Assembly: GCA_002502135.1 (NCBI GenBank)
Contig: DAPM01000017.1
Location: 5,548 to 69,547 of the forward strand
Origin: an archaeon UBA543
GTDB lineage: Archaea > Undinarchaeota > Undinarchaeia > Undinarchaeales > UBA543
Length of the DNA stretch: 64,000 nucleotides
Direction: 5' to 3'
The position numbers were made by a program, and so were the translations under genes. This document shows positions 56,703-64,000 of this stretch, one piece after another. The stretch's first letter is position 1; each line of letters starts with the position of its first letter. The notes beneath the pieces are model-generated. The model was given only the letters and a program-made list of their open reading frames with translations, ran no database searches and was not told the DNA's origin.

Positions 56703-57679
56703 TGAAAATAAGCAAGCGTATTAAGACAGTTCTCGCAATCTTACTGACTGTTGGTCTTGTCTGGTTTCTTGCAATGCAGGTTAATTTAGCTGATGTTATT
56801 CAGATTATTCAGCAAATGCCGATTAGTTTGCTTCTTGCAAGTTTTGGTTTGTATGTATTGGGTCATCTTGGCAGAACTATTCGGTTTTACAAGCTTCTTG
56901 GCTGGAAAAACGGATTTCACGAGCTTTTCAGTATTGTTGCCCTGCACAACTTGTTCATAAATACGCTTCCTGCAAGGACAGGTGAGCTTTCATACCTTTA
57001 CATGACTAAAAAACGAGATGTTTCTATTGCAAAGAGTGGTTCTGTGCTTGTAATTGCTCGTATTCTGGACATGATTGCTATTGCAGTTATTCTATTGGTT
57101 GCTGTAATTATGGTTCCAGTGCTTCCTGCATTTTTGGCAACTGTTTCTTATTTTGTTGCAGGATTGTTAGTTGTGAGCTTGTTTATGCTGTTTTCACTTG
57201 TTCATTTCGGAAAGCATTTTATGAGCGGAATTGGGAAGCTTTTCAGCTTATTCAGACTTGGAAAAACTAGTATTGCTAAATGGGTTTTGGAAAAAGGTGA
57301 TGAAGCTATTGACAGTTTCAAGGTTTTGAAGTCAAAAGGAAGTTTTTTCGAGCATTTGTTCTACTCACTTTTCATCTGGGGAGTTCGGTTTGTACTGTTT
57401 TGGCTAATAACAATTGGATTAGGTGTTGAAGTTGGTATCTGGGTTGGTATTATTGGAATTACTTTGCCTATGCTTTCAACATTTTTGCCAATTCAAGGGC
57501 TAGGTGGTTTTGGAACTCTAGAAGGTGCTTGGGTTCTGTCGTTTATGTCACTTGGAATTGCTAAAGAAGTTGCTATTCTCACTGGTTTCGGGTTCCATAT
57601 TGTGTTCTTGACATTTTCAATAATTACTGGTGTTTATGGGTTTATGGCGCTGTCGCTAATTAAGAAATTAACAAAATAG
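56702..57679 (+). CDS. lysylphosphatidylglycerol-synthase-TM (UPF0104) flippase-like membrane protein
   Basis: RTIRF, LPARTGE, RILD and LPIQGLGGFGTLE. Confidence 0.88.
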   Translation: MKISKRIKTVLAILLTVGLVWFLAMQVNLADVIQIIQQMPISLLLASFGLYVLGHLGRTIRFYKLLGWKNGFHELFSIVALHNLFINTLPARTGELSYLYMTKKRDVSIAKSGSVLVIARILDMIAIAVILLVAVIMVPVLPAFLATVSYFVAGLLVVSLFMLFSLVHFGKHFMSGIGKLFSLFRLGKTSIAKWVLEKGDEAIDSFKVLKSKGSFFEHLFYSLFIWGVRFVLFWLITIGLGVEVGIWVGIIGITLPMLSTFLPIQGLGGFGTLEGAWVLSFMSLGIAKEVAILTGFGFHIVFLTFSIITGVYGFMALSLIKKLTK

Positions 57680-58615
57680 TTATTTCTTCCTCTGAACCTT
57701 TTCAATACTGTAAGTATCACGTGGATCGTGTCTGGTTCTCACAAGCATTTCTGCAAGCACTCCTGTAAAGAACAACTGCACTCCCATAATCACTAAAAGA
57801 AGTGTAAGTATGAGCATTGGCCTGCTTGCTATTGATTCACCATAAACGAATTTTTCTATAAGCAGGTATGCGCCTGAAAGACCACCAAGGAACAGAACCC
57901 CTGCTCCAAGTGTACCAAGAATATGAACTGGCCTTTCGCTGTATCTAAGCAAGAATTTCAGAGTCAGAAGATCAAGCAATCCTTTCATCAGTCTTCCAAC
58001 ACCGTATTTTGATTTTCCAAAGCGTCTTGGCCTGTGATTAGTAACTGCTTCTGAAACTTTGTATCCTTTGCTTGCAATCAGTGCAGGAATGTACCTGTGG
58101 TTTTCCCCAAAAAGCTTCAAACCTTCAACTGCTTCACGTCTGTATGCTCTTAGGGTGCAACCGGAATCATGAATTTTCAATCCTGTAAGCTTCCTGTTTA
58201 AGAAATTTGATAATTTTGAAGGCAGTTTCTTCACAACATTGTCTTTTCTTGCCATTCTCCATCCGCAGACTACATCGTGTCCTGTTTCCAGTTTGTGAAT
58301 CAGCTTTGGAATGTCTGCAGGATCGTTCTGCAAATCAGCATCAAGAGTTACAAGTATTTTCCCTGTTGCGTGGTTGAAACCTGCCATAAGTGCCGGAGTC
58401 TGCCCGAAATTCTTCCTAAGTTTTACAATAACAACGTGAGGATCTTTTCCAGCAATTTCTGTAAGTGCGCGATGAGTTGTGTCTGTAGAGCCGTCGTCAA
58501 TAAAAATCAGCTCGTACTTTCTCTTCATCCTCTGCATAACGTCTGTTAACTCGTCGTATAGCTGCTTCACACTTTCTTCTTCATTGTAAGTTGGAAGAAC
58601 AATTGAGATATCCAT
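57680..58615 (-). CDS. GT2 polyprenol-phosphate glycosyltransferase (ArnC/GtrB-like)
   Basis: PTYNEE, DDGSTD, NFGQ, DADLQNDP, HRYIP and two C-terminal TM segments. Confidence 0.92.
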   Translation of the reverse strand: MDISIVLPTYNEEESVKQLYDELTDVMQRMKRKYELIFIDDGSTDTTHRALTEIAGKDPHVVIVKLRKNFGQTPALMAGFNHATGKILVTLDADLQNDPADIPKLIHKLETGHDVVCGWRMARKDNVVKKLPSKLSNFLNRKLTGLKIHDSGCTLRAYRREAVEGLKLFGENHRYIPALIASKGYKVSEAVTNHRPRRFGKSKYGVGRLMKGLLDLLTLKFLLRYSERPVHILGTLGAGVLFLGGLSGAYLLIEKFVYGESIASRPMLILTLLLVIMGVQLFFTGVLAEMLVRTRHDPRDTYSIEKVQRKK

Positions 58616-58664
58616 ATACTGAATTTTAGCTGAGATGTTTATATAGGTTATTATTTACTGTTCT

Positions 58665-58703
58665 GGGTGGATTAGGGGCACGGGGGCTTAGGGGCTTGGA
58701 GTT
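58665..58703 (+). repeat. G-rich octamer repeat with canonical G-quadruplex motif in a divergent promoter
   Basis: GGG-TGGATTA-GGGG-CAC-GGGGG-CTTA-GGGG; units TTAGGGGC ACGGGGGC TTAGGGGC. Confidence 0.6.
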
Positions 58704-58751
58704 GTTCTTTTTTTCTCAAAACTTAAATACACTTCCAGCAAGTTTTATTGT

Positions 58752-60092
58752 ATGGATATCAAATTCAGCACAACTGGAATCAGGGGAATTTCAAACAAGA
58801 CAATGACAGCAGAGCTTGCGCTGAAGCTAGGACAGACTTTTGGAACGTTTTTTAATGGAAAAGGGAAGGTTTTAGTTGCAAGAGACACCCGAACCAGCTC
58901 GGAAATGTTGCGCAGTGCACTGATTTCAGGTTTGCTTTCTACAGGAATTAATGTTGTGGATGCTGGTCTGGCTCCAGTTCCTGCGCTTTCCCATTGCGTT
59001 AAAGAAGGTTTTGATGCTGGAGTAATGATCACAAGTTCTCATAATCCGCCTGAATATAATGGAATGAAGTTCATGACAGGTGAAAGTGTTGAGTTTTCAT
59101 CTGGTGAAGAGAAGAAATTCATAGAATTAGCAAAAAAAGAGCCAATTAAGGCTGACTGGGATAAGGTTGGCAAGCTGGAAGAGCAGGATATTCTGGAAAA
59201 ATACAGCAAAAAACTAATTGGATTGATTGATGCTGAAGCAGTTAGGTCAGGAAAATTCAAAGTTGTTGTTGATACTGGTAATGGCGCACAGGGAAAACTG
59301 ATGCCAGGGTTGCTGGAGAAGCTGGATTGTGAAGTTGTTGGACTTTTCACAAAATTGACAGGAATTTTCGAAAGAGCACCTGAACCAAGACCAGAAACCC
59401 TTGATGTGTTGATTGAGAAAGTAAAAGCTGAGAATGCTGATTTCGGAGTTGCTTTTGATTGTGACGGTGACAGATGTATTTTTGTTGATGAAACTGGAGA
59501 AGTTGTTATGGGTGATGTTACTGGAACTCTGCTTGCAAGAGAGATTTTAAGAGAAAAGAAAGGTGCAAGAGTTGTTACACCGATTTCCACTTCAAAAGTA
59601 ATGGATGATGTTGCAGAAGCTGAAGGTGGAGAGATTATTAAGACAATGGTTGGTGCTAAATACATTGGTGAGACTTTGAAAAATGAAGGTGCTGATTACG
59701 GTTTTGAAGAAACTGGCGGAAGCTTTTTCCCGGAAATCAGTTTTACTCGAGACGGCTCTGCTGCTACAGTTAAAGTTCTTGAAGTTCTTGCAAAATCTGG
59801 GAAGAAGTTCTCTGAATTAATTGCTGAACTGCCAAAATATTATCAGATTAAGCTGAAAGTTGGCTGTGAAGAGGATAAAAAGTCGGATATTCCTAATTTG
59901 AAAGACAAAATTGACAAAGAGAATAAGGAAATTGTTACAATGGACGGAATTAAAGTTGTTTTTGAAGACGGCTCAGTGCTGATGCGCGCTTCTGGAACAG
60001 AGCCGCTGATAAGAATTTTCGTGGAAGCAATTACAAAAGAGAAAGTTGAGGAGTATGCAAGTTGGGGCGAGAGTTTGGTTAAAGCTCTTTGA
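58752..60092 (+). CDS. phosphohexomutase (phosphoglucosamine mutase / PMM-PGM)
   Basis: TSSHNP, FDCDGDR, GFEE and RASGTEP. Confidence 0.93.
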   Translation: MDIKFSTTGIRGISNKTMTAELALKLGQTFGTFFNGKGKVLVARDTRTSSEMLRSALISGLLSTGINVVDAGLAPVPALSHCVKEGFDAGVMITSSHNPPEYNGMKFMTGESVEFSSGEEKKFIELAKKEPIKADWDKVGKLEEQDILEKYSKKLIGLIDAEAVRSGKFKVVVDTGNGAQGKLMPGLLEKLDCEVVGLFTKLTGIFERAPEPRPETLDVLIEKVKAENADFGVAFDCDGDRCIFVDETGEVVMGDVTGTLLAREILREKKGARVVTPISTSKVMDDVAEAEGGEIIKTMVGAKYIGETLKNEGADYGFEETGGSFFPEISFTRDGSAATVKVLEVLAKSGKKFSELIAELPKYYQIKLKVGCEEDKKSDIPNLKDKIDKENKEIVTMDGIKVVFEDGSVLMRASGTEPLIRIFVEAITKEKVEEYASWGESLVKAL

Positions 60093-60093
60093 G

Positions 60094-60468
60094 TTATTTC
60101 TTTTTCTTAACAGGTTTCTTTTTCTCAATCTCATCCATCCGAATAGCAACTTTCCTAACTAAATCAGTAATTTGCCTCTGTGTCTCCTGGTTTCTAATAT
60201 AAACATGGAAGATCAATGCAAATGCTCCAAGCAATCCAAGAAGCATCAGTGCATCCAAACCACGTCCAATATCTGTGAATAAGCTGAGGAAATTAGCAAA
60301 AGTCAGAGGGAACAGTGCAACTATTAACAGCAACACAGAAACAGAGCTCCAAATAACAATATCTTTTCTCTTGAACCTGCCTTTTTTGTATAAGACTCTT
60401 GTCTCAAAAGCAATCAGGAGCGCTATTGCGATCCCGACCAGTTGTATTCCAAGTATTTGTAGTTCCAT
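60094..60468 (-). CDS. DUF2304 family small membrane protein (GacJ-like partner of a GT2)
   Basis: Three TM segments, IGRGLD and ITDLVRKVA; AAGGAGG precedes ATG 60468. Confidence 0.85.
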   Translation of the reverse strand: MELQILGIQLVGIAIALLIAFETRVLYKKGRFKRKDIVIWSSVSVLLLIVALFPLTFANFLSLFTDIGRGLDALMLLGLLGAFALIFHVYIRNQETQRQITDLVRKVAIRMDEIEKKKPVKKKK

Positions 60469-60490
60469 TTTTTGTTTGTCCTCCTTATGA

Positions 60491-60570
60491 AGGGGCACCG
60501 GGGCGCGGGTGCGCAGGGGCGCCGTCTTGAGTTTTCGGTGCCCCGGCTACCGGTGCACCGGATCCACGGA
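60491..60570. repeat. GC-rich octamer-built palindromic intergenic element (copy B)
   Basis: AGGGGCAC CGGGGCGC GGGTGCGC AGGGGCGC ... CGGTGCCC...CGGTGCAC CGGATCCA; shares a 28-mer with copy A. Confidence 0.85.
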
Positions 60571-60571
60571 G

Positions 60572-61276
60572 TTACCTTTTCACCCCTATTGTCCGGAGCA
60601 ACATACTCCACACAATTCTAAGGCCGTTCTTGAACGGCATTTGATTAGTACCTCGCTGAACACTGCGGTCATCATAAATAGCTTTTATTGGTATTTCAAG
60701 TATTCGCAGGTTGTGATGTCCAAGTTGGTGGATTATTTCTGAGCTAACTTCGTATTTATCACACAAAATTATCAGTTTTTCAGCAGCTTCTCGGTTAAAT
60801 GCCCGCAAACCGCTTTGTGAATCAGTGATTGTGGTATCTGAAAGAATGTTTGTAACTCCTGTTAGAAGAGTGTTTCCAAAGCGTTTGATTCTTGGCATTA
60901 ACTCAACATCCTTTTTGCTCATAAAACGGGAACCAATAACTGCATCTGCTTTGTTGTTCTGGATTGGCTTGATTAATCTTTCAACATCTTTTCCTAAGTG
61001 CTGAAGATCTGCATCAAATGTAACTACAATATCTACATTACTCCTGATTGCTGCCTGAATTCCAGTTGAAAGCGCTGCACCAAGTCCGCGGTTGATAACA
61101 TGAGTGAGAACATGAACGCCTTGCGCTTCTGCAAATTCTTTAGTCCTGTCTTTAGATCCGTCATTTACTACAAAAATATCATTTTTCGGGAACTGTCTTT
61201 TCACATCCTTGAGAGTCTGTACTATTGACTCTTCTTCATTGTATGCAGGAATTACAAAGACTAAATTCTGTTTCAT
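60572..61276 (-). CDS. GT2 polyprenol-phosphate HexNAc transferase (AglK/GacI-like)
   Basis: IPAYNEE, NDGSKD, NRGLGAAL, DADLQH, GSRF and DSQSGLRA; paired with DUF2304. Confidence 0.88.
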   Translation of the reverse strand: MKQNLVFVIPAYNEEESIVQTLKDVKRQFPKNDIFVVNDGSKDRTKEFAEAQGVHVLTHVINRGLGAALSTGIQAAIRSNVDIVVTFDADLQHLGKDVERLIKPIQNNKADAVIGSRFMSKKDVELMPRIKRFGNTLLTGVTNILSDTTITDSQSGLRAFNREAAEKLIILCDKYEVSSEIIHQLGHHNLRILEIPIKAIYDDRSVQRGTNQMPFKNGLRIVWSMLLRTIGVKR

Positions 61277-61324
61277 TGTTTTTATGCTCTTGATTTTCGG
61301 TTATAAAGATTATGTATTGGGGCT

Positions 61325-62206
61325 TCAGATTAGCAAAGTGACTATTCCTAGTGCAATTTCAATTCCCCAAATCACTGCAACCACTTGCCATTCTTTTCTG
61401 AAGCCAAGCCACATCACAACTTTGATAAGTGAAATATACTTTCCGCGTGGAACTAGTCGTCCATTCTCAATTCCAGTTGGCTGGTGCTCACGTCTGTCCA
61501 TTATTCCAGTGCTGAGGAATTTCAAACCAGAATCAATTGCATACGGAATCAGGAGTATTCCCAAACTCAGCAGGGGAGCGCCAATCAAATACGCTGCAAC
61601 CATCATTGTGCCGATTGGCAAAGTTCCAACATCTCCTGGGAAAACTGTTGCAGGATACTTGTTAAACAAGAGGAATGCAAACAAACAGGCTGTATAAATG
61701 TAGAGTATTGAACTGGCTGGATTGTTGCTTGAACCTGCAAGGAACAGGATTGCAATCATTCCAGTTCCCATTTCAAGACCATTAAATCCTGCGAGCATGT
61801 TTGTCCAGTTTGAAGCAACTGCAACTAATAAGAAAATCATGAGCATTGGTTTTAATTCCCAAGGCACAAGCCATAGAAGTGGAATTGCTGCACAACTGAC
61901 TATGAAGAACTTGCTTTTTGGCGGAAATCCGAAAATATCATCAAACAAGCCGATTGCTGCTGATGTCAAGAATGCTAAAAGAAGAATCAGAGTTGTTATG
62001 TTCTGGTTAATGAAATACATTACAAGCATCAGAATTGTGAATGCTCCTGCAACTGCAATGCCGCCGCTTATTGGTTTCTTTGGTTTTCCTTCCTTGTGAA
62101 AGTCATCAGAAACCAGCCCTTTGATTGTGAATTTCTTTATTGCAAGTTTTGTGAGAACTACTGTTAGGATAAAGGCTGCGCAAATGAGGTAGATAAGTTG
62201 GCTCAT
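61325..62206 (-). CDS. UDP-GlcNAc:dolichol-phosphate GlcNAc-1-phosphate transferase (AglH/GPT-like)
   Basis: GLFDD, NMLAGFNGLE and NKYPA.VFPGDVGT. Confidence 0.88.
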   Translation of the reverse strand: MSQLIYLICAAFILTVVLTKLAIKKFTIKGLVSDDFHKEGKPKKPISGGIAVAGAFTILMLVMYFINQNITTLILLLAFLTSAAIGLFDDIFGFPPKSKFFIVSCAAIPLLWLVPWELKPMLMIFLLVAVASNWTNMLAGFNGLEMGTGMIAILFLAGSSNNPASSILYIYTACLFAFLLFNKYPATVFPGDVGTLPIGTMMVAAYLIGAPLLSLGILLIPYAIDSGLKFLSTGIMDRREHQPTGIENGRLVPRGKYISLIKVVMWLGFRKEWQVVAVIWGIEIALGIVTLLI

Positions 62207-63204
62207 AGTTCTAGTGCTTCTCGAACTTTAACAAGCGGATCTTCAAATTCGCCCATTGCATTTTCTGCAATTTTTCTGGAATGGTCTTTGTTTGATTCAC
62301 TAATCATTCTTGCGATTTCTGCAGGATTAAGTGAGTGCTGCATTAAATTCTTGCCTATCAACAGATTGTCAACTTCGAGCAGTTGCTGAGGATAGCAGGA
62401 TACTGTTGGAGTTCCAAGTAGTGCAGATTCCCTTGTCATTGTTCCGCCTTCTCCAAGGAATGCTTCTGAGTAGTAAACCAGGCTGTGGAAGTCAATCCCG
62501 TTTTCAGAAACCTTTGCTCCACACTTTTCAAAAACTGCCTTGTCGTGCTGGTTTCTAGGGAATGCAATTATGTCATAGTCTTTTGAAAGTTCAGAAATGT
62601 GTTTTTCAAGTGAAGTGTCTTTGTTGAAATAGGTTGCATCCAGCGGACCTGTTCTAATAGTCAGAATTTTACCTTCTTCTAATCCGAGCTGATCTAAAAC
62701 ATCTTTTTTAGCAGTGAATCCAGCAATATTAGCAACTTCACAAGTTCCATTAAAGCCAATTATATCCACGTTTCCAAAAGCGAGCTTCATTTTAGCTTCA
62801 ATACATTCCGGAACCACTGTTTTTTCAGAAAAAGGAGTTGTTAGATTGTTCTGCTCAGTGCTCTGATCATTGTCAATCACTAAAGTGCTTGGAATTCCAA
62901 GTCCGTAAGCAATTCGCATTCCTTCAATTGAGTATTTGCACAAGAATTTGTCAGGATTGAACTGTTTTACAATTGGTAGAAGCTCATTTGTGCGGTTTAT
63001 GCTGGCCTGAAGCTTTTCAGAATGGTCTTTTCCAGCGTGTTCTCCTATAATTTTAGCGTCAATGCCTTCTTGTTTTATAATATCCTCTAGGTATCCATAT
63101 TTCCTTGCTGTTATGAGCAGTTCATGATCCGGTTCCAGTTGCTTAATCAGCCGTCTGAAGAACAGAACATGCGGTGAATTGCTTAAATCAATCCATATTT
63201 TCAT
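62203..63204 (-). CDS. DUF354 family GT-B-like protein
   Basis: MKIWID..NSPHV.FF, GEHAG and GGTMTRESALLGTP. Confidence 0.88.
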   Translation of the reverse strand: MKIWIDLSNSPHVLFFRRLIKQLEPDHELLITARKYGYLEDIIKQEGIDAKIIGEHAGKDHSEKLQASINRTNELLPIVKQFNPDKFLCKYSIEGMRIAYGLGIPSTLVIDNDQSTEQNNLTTPFSEKTVVPECIEAKMKLAFGNVDIIGFNGTCEVANIAGFTAKKDVLDQLGLEEGKILTIRTGPLDATYFNKDTSLEKHISELSKDYDIIAFPRNQHDKAVFEKCGAKVSENGIDFHSLVYYSEAFLGEGGTMTRESALLGTPTVSCYPQQLLEVDNLLIGKNLMQHSLNPAEIARMISESNKDHSRKIAENAMGEFEDPLVKVREALEL

Positions 63205-63272
63205 CCCTAATCCCTTTCAAAAGTTAATATTAGCTGTATAAATACGTTTTCAATAGTGAAATTGTTTGAAAT

Positions 63273-64000
63273 CTACTTTTTTGAGAGTCTCAGCACATAA
63301 GTCTTGCCTTTCTTTTCCCTGACAACTGTTTTCATCTTTCTCAGCTCTGCAACTATCCTGCTCACTTTCGGACGAGAGAAGCCAGTTAGTTTTGGAAGTG
63401 CTTCTTGCCGTAGTTTTCCTTTACTCTGCTCTATTAAATTGATAATTGTCTGCTCATCATCTTCCAGAGCTTCTGCAGGAACAGATTTTTTCCTGAACAT
63501 CATTGCACCCCACAAACTAGACACTAAAAACACTGCTAATCCACCGATTATTAGTCCAATTACAAGGAATGTGCTCTTTTTTGGATCTTCGCGCTTTATT
63601 GGACGCACATTAGTTTGTTGAAGTCCGCCTAGGTTTGCAAGATCTTTCTTTACAGAATTAGAAGCGTCGCCTATGAGTATTATGCGTGTAGCGCCCAGAC
63701 GCTCAATTGCTGTTTCAACTGCTTCTGGGAGTTCGTCTGGTTCTGTAATCAGGAGAGGGCTGTTGTATTCTATTGCTGTGCGTGCTGCAAGCATGAGTTC
63801 TCCGGCATTTCCTTGAGTAACTACTACTGTTTCTGCAGAGGACCATAAGGTCATTGCAACTCTAGCTGAAGTGCCGTAACGGTTCCAGTCCCAAATACGA
63901 GTGCTGGTCATGCCGATGTTATCTAGTTTTGATTCAATGCTCTTTGGAATAGCTTCAGTTCCACCTATAATCAGGACATCTGTGTATCCTTGCTCTTTGT
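63273..64000 (-). CDS. 3' part of a protein with cell-wall-binding-2 (CWB2)-like repeats, one TM helix and a C-terminal winged HTH
   Basis: Frame open to the window edge (KEQGYTDVLIIGGTEAIPKSIESKL...RIWDWNRYGTS...PLLIT...IILIG), then TM FLVIGLIIGGLAVFLV, then LEDDEQ...Q..L...TGFSRPKVSRIV..L...VREKKG. Confidence 0.8.
   Translation of the reverse strand, partial: KEQGYTDVLIIGGTEAIPKSIESKLDNIGMTSTRIWDWNRYGTSARVAMTLWSSAETVVVTQGNAGELMLAARTAIEYNSPLLITEPDELPEAVETAIERLGATRIILIGDASNSVKKDLANLGGLQQTNVRPIKREDPKKSTFLVIGLIIGGLAVFLVSSLWGAMMFRKKSVPAEALEDDEQTIINLIEQSKGKLRQEALPKLTGFSRPKVSRIVAELRKMKTVVREKKGKTYVLRLSKK

Noticed and set aside
53947-58703. CRISPR array or telomere-like TTAGGG repeats
   Set aside because: Units are 7-8 nt, degenerate, few and without spacers; no cas genes.
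59039-59665. Long antisense ORFs (also 7595..8080, 42581..43078, 47907..48380, 61209..61697)
   Set aside because: They lie wholly or largely opposite well-supported genes and have Ser/Phe/Ile-rich shadow composition with no motifs.

Overview
Archaeal chromosomal segment, AT-rich and gene-dense. Archaeal markers include class II GAPDH, short archaeal TPI, aEF-1beta with an HVO_2753-type Zn finger, Pth2, AglB, and TATA boxes about 22-26 nt before start codons. A DPANN-like small-genome archaeon is plausible but cannot be shown from this window. Bases 1-13.4 kb are housekeeping: tRNA-Leu(CAG), tpi-pgk-gap, aminotransferase-transketolase, pth2, truD. Bases 13.4-64 kb form one ~50 kb surface-glycosylation supercluster. 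It holds two tandem AglB oligosaccharyltransferases and a GDP-heptose/octose-type pathway whose nucleotidyltransferase is fused to a cobalamin-dependent radical SAM enzyme. It also holds a second, LPS-like ADP-heptose pathway with a GT9 heptosyltransferase and a complete phosphonate pathway (PepM, Ppd, reductase, cytidylyltransferase, CDP-alcohol phosphotransferase). The remainder is an atypical nonulosonic-acid module, several polyprenol-P-sugar/GT-C/flippase sets and many tailoring enzymes. Intergenic spaces carry GC-rich octamer/heptamer repeat hairpins (two share an identical 28-mer 36.6 kb apart) and an IS200/IS605-like end hairpin. No CRISPR array, rRNA, integrase or transposase was seen. 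All functional calls come from motif recognition by eye; no database searches were run.
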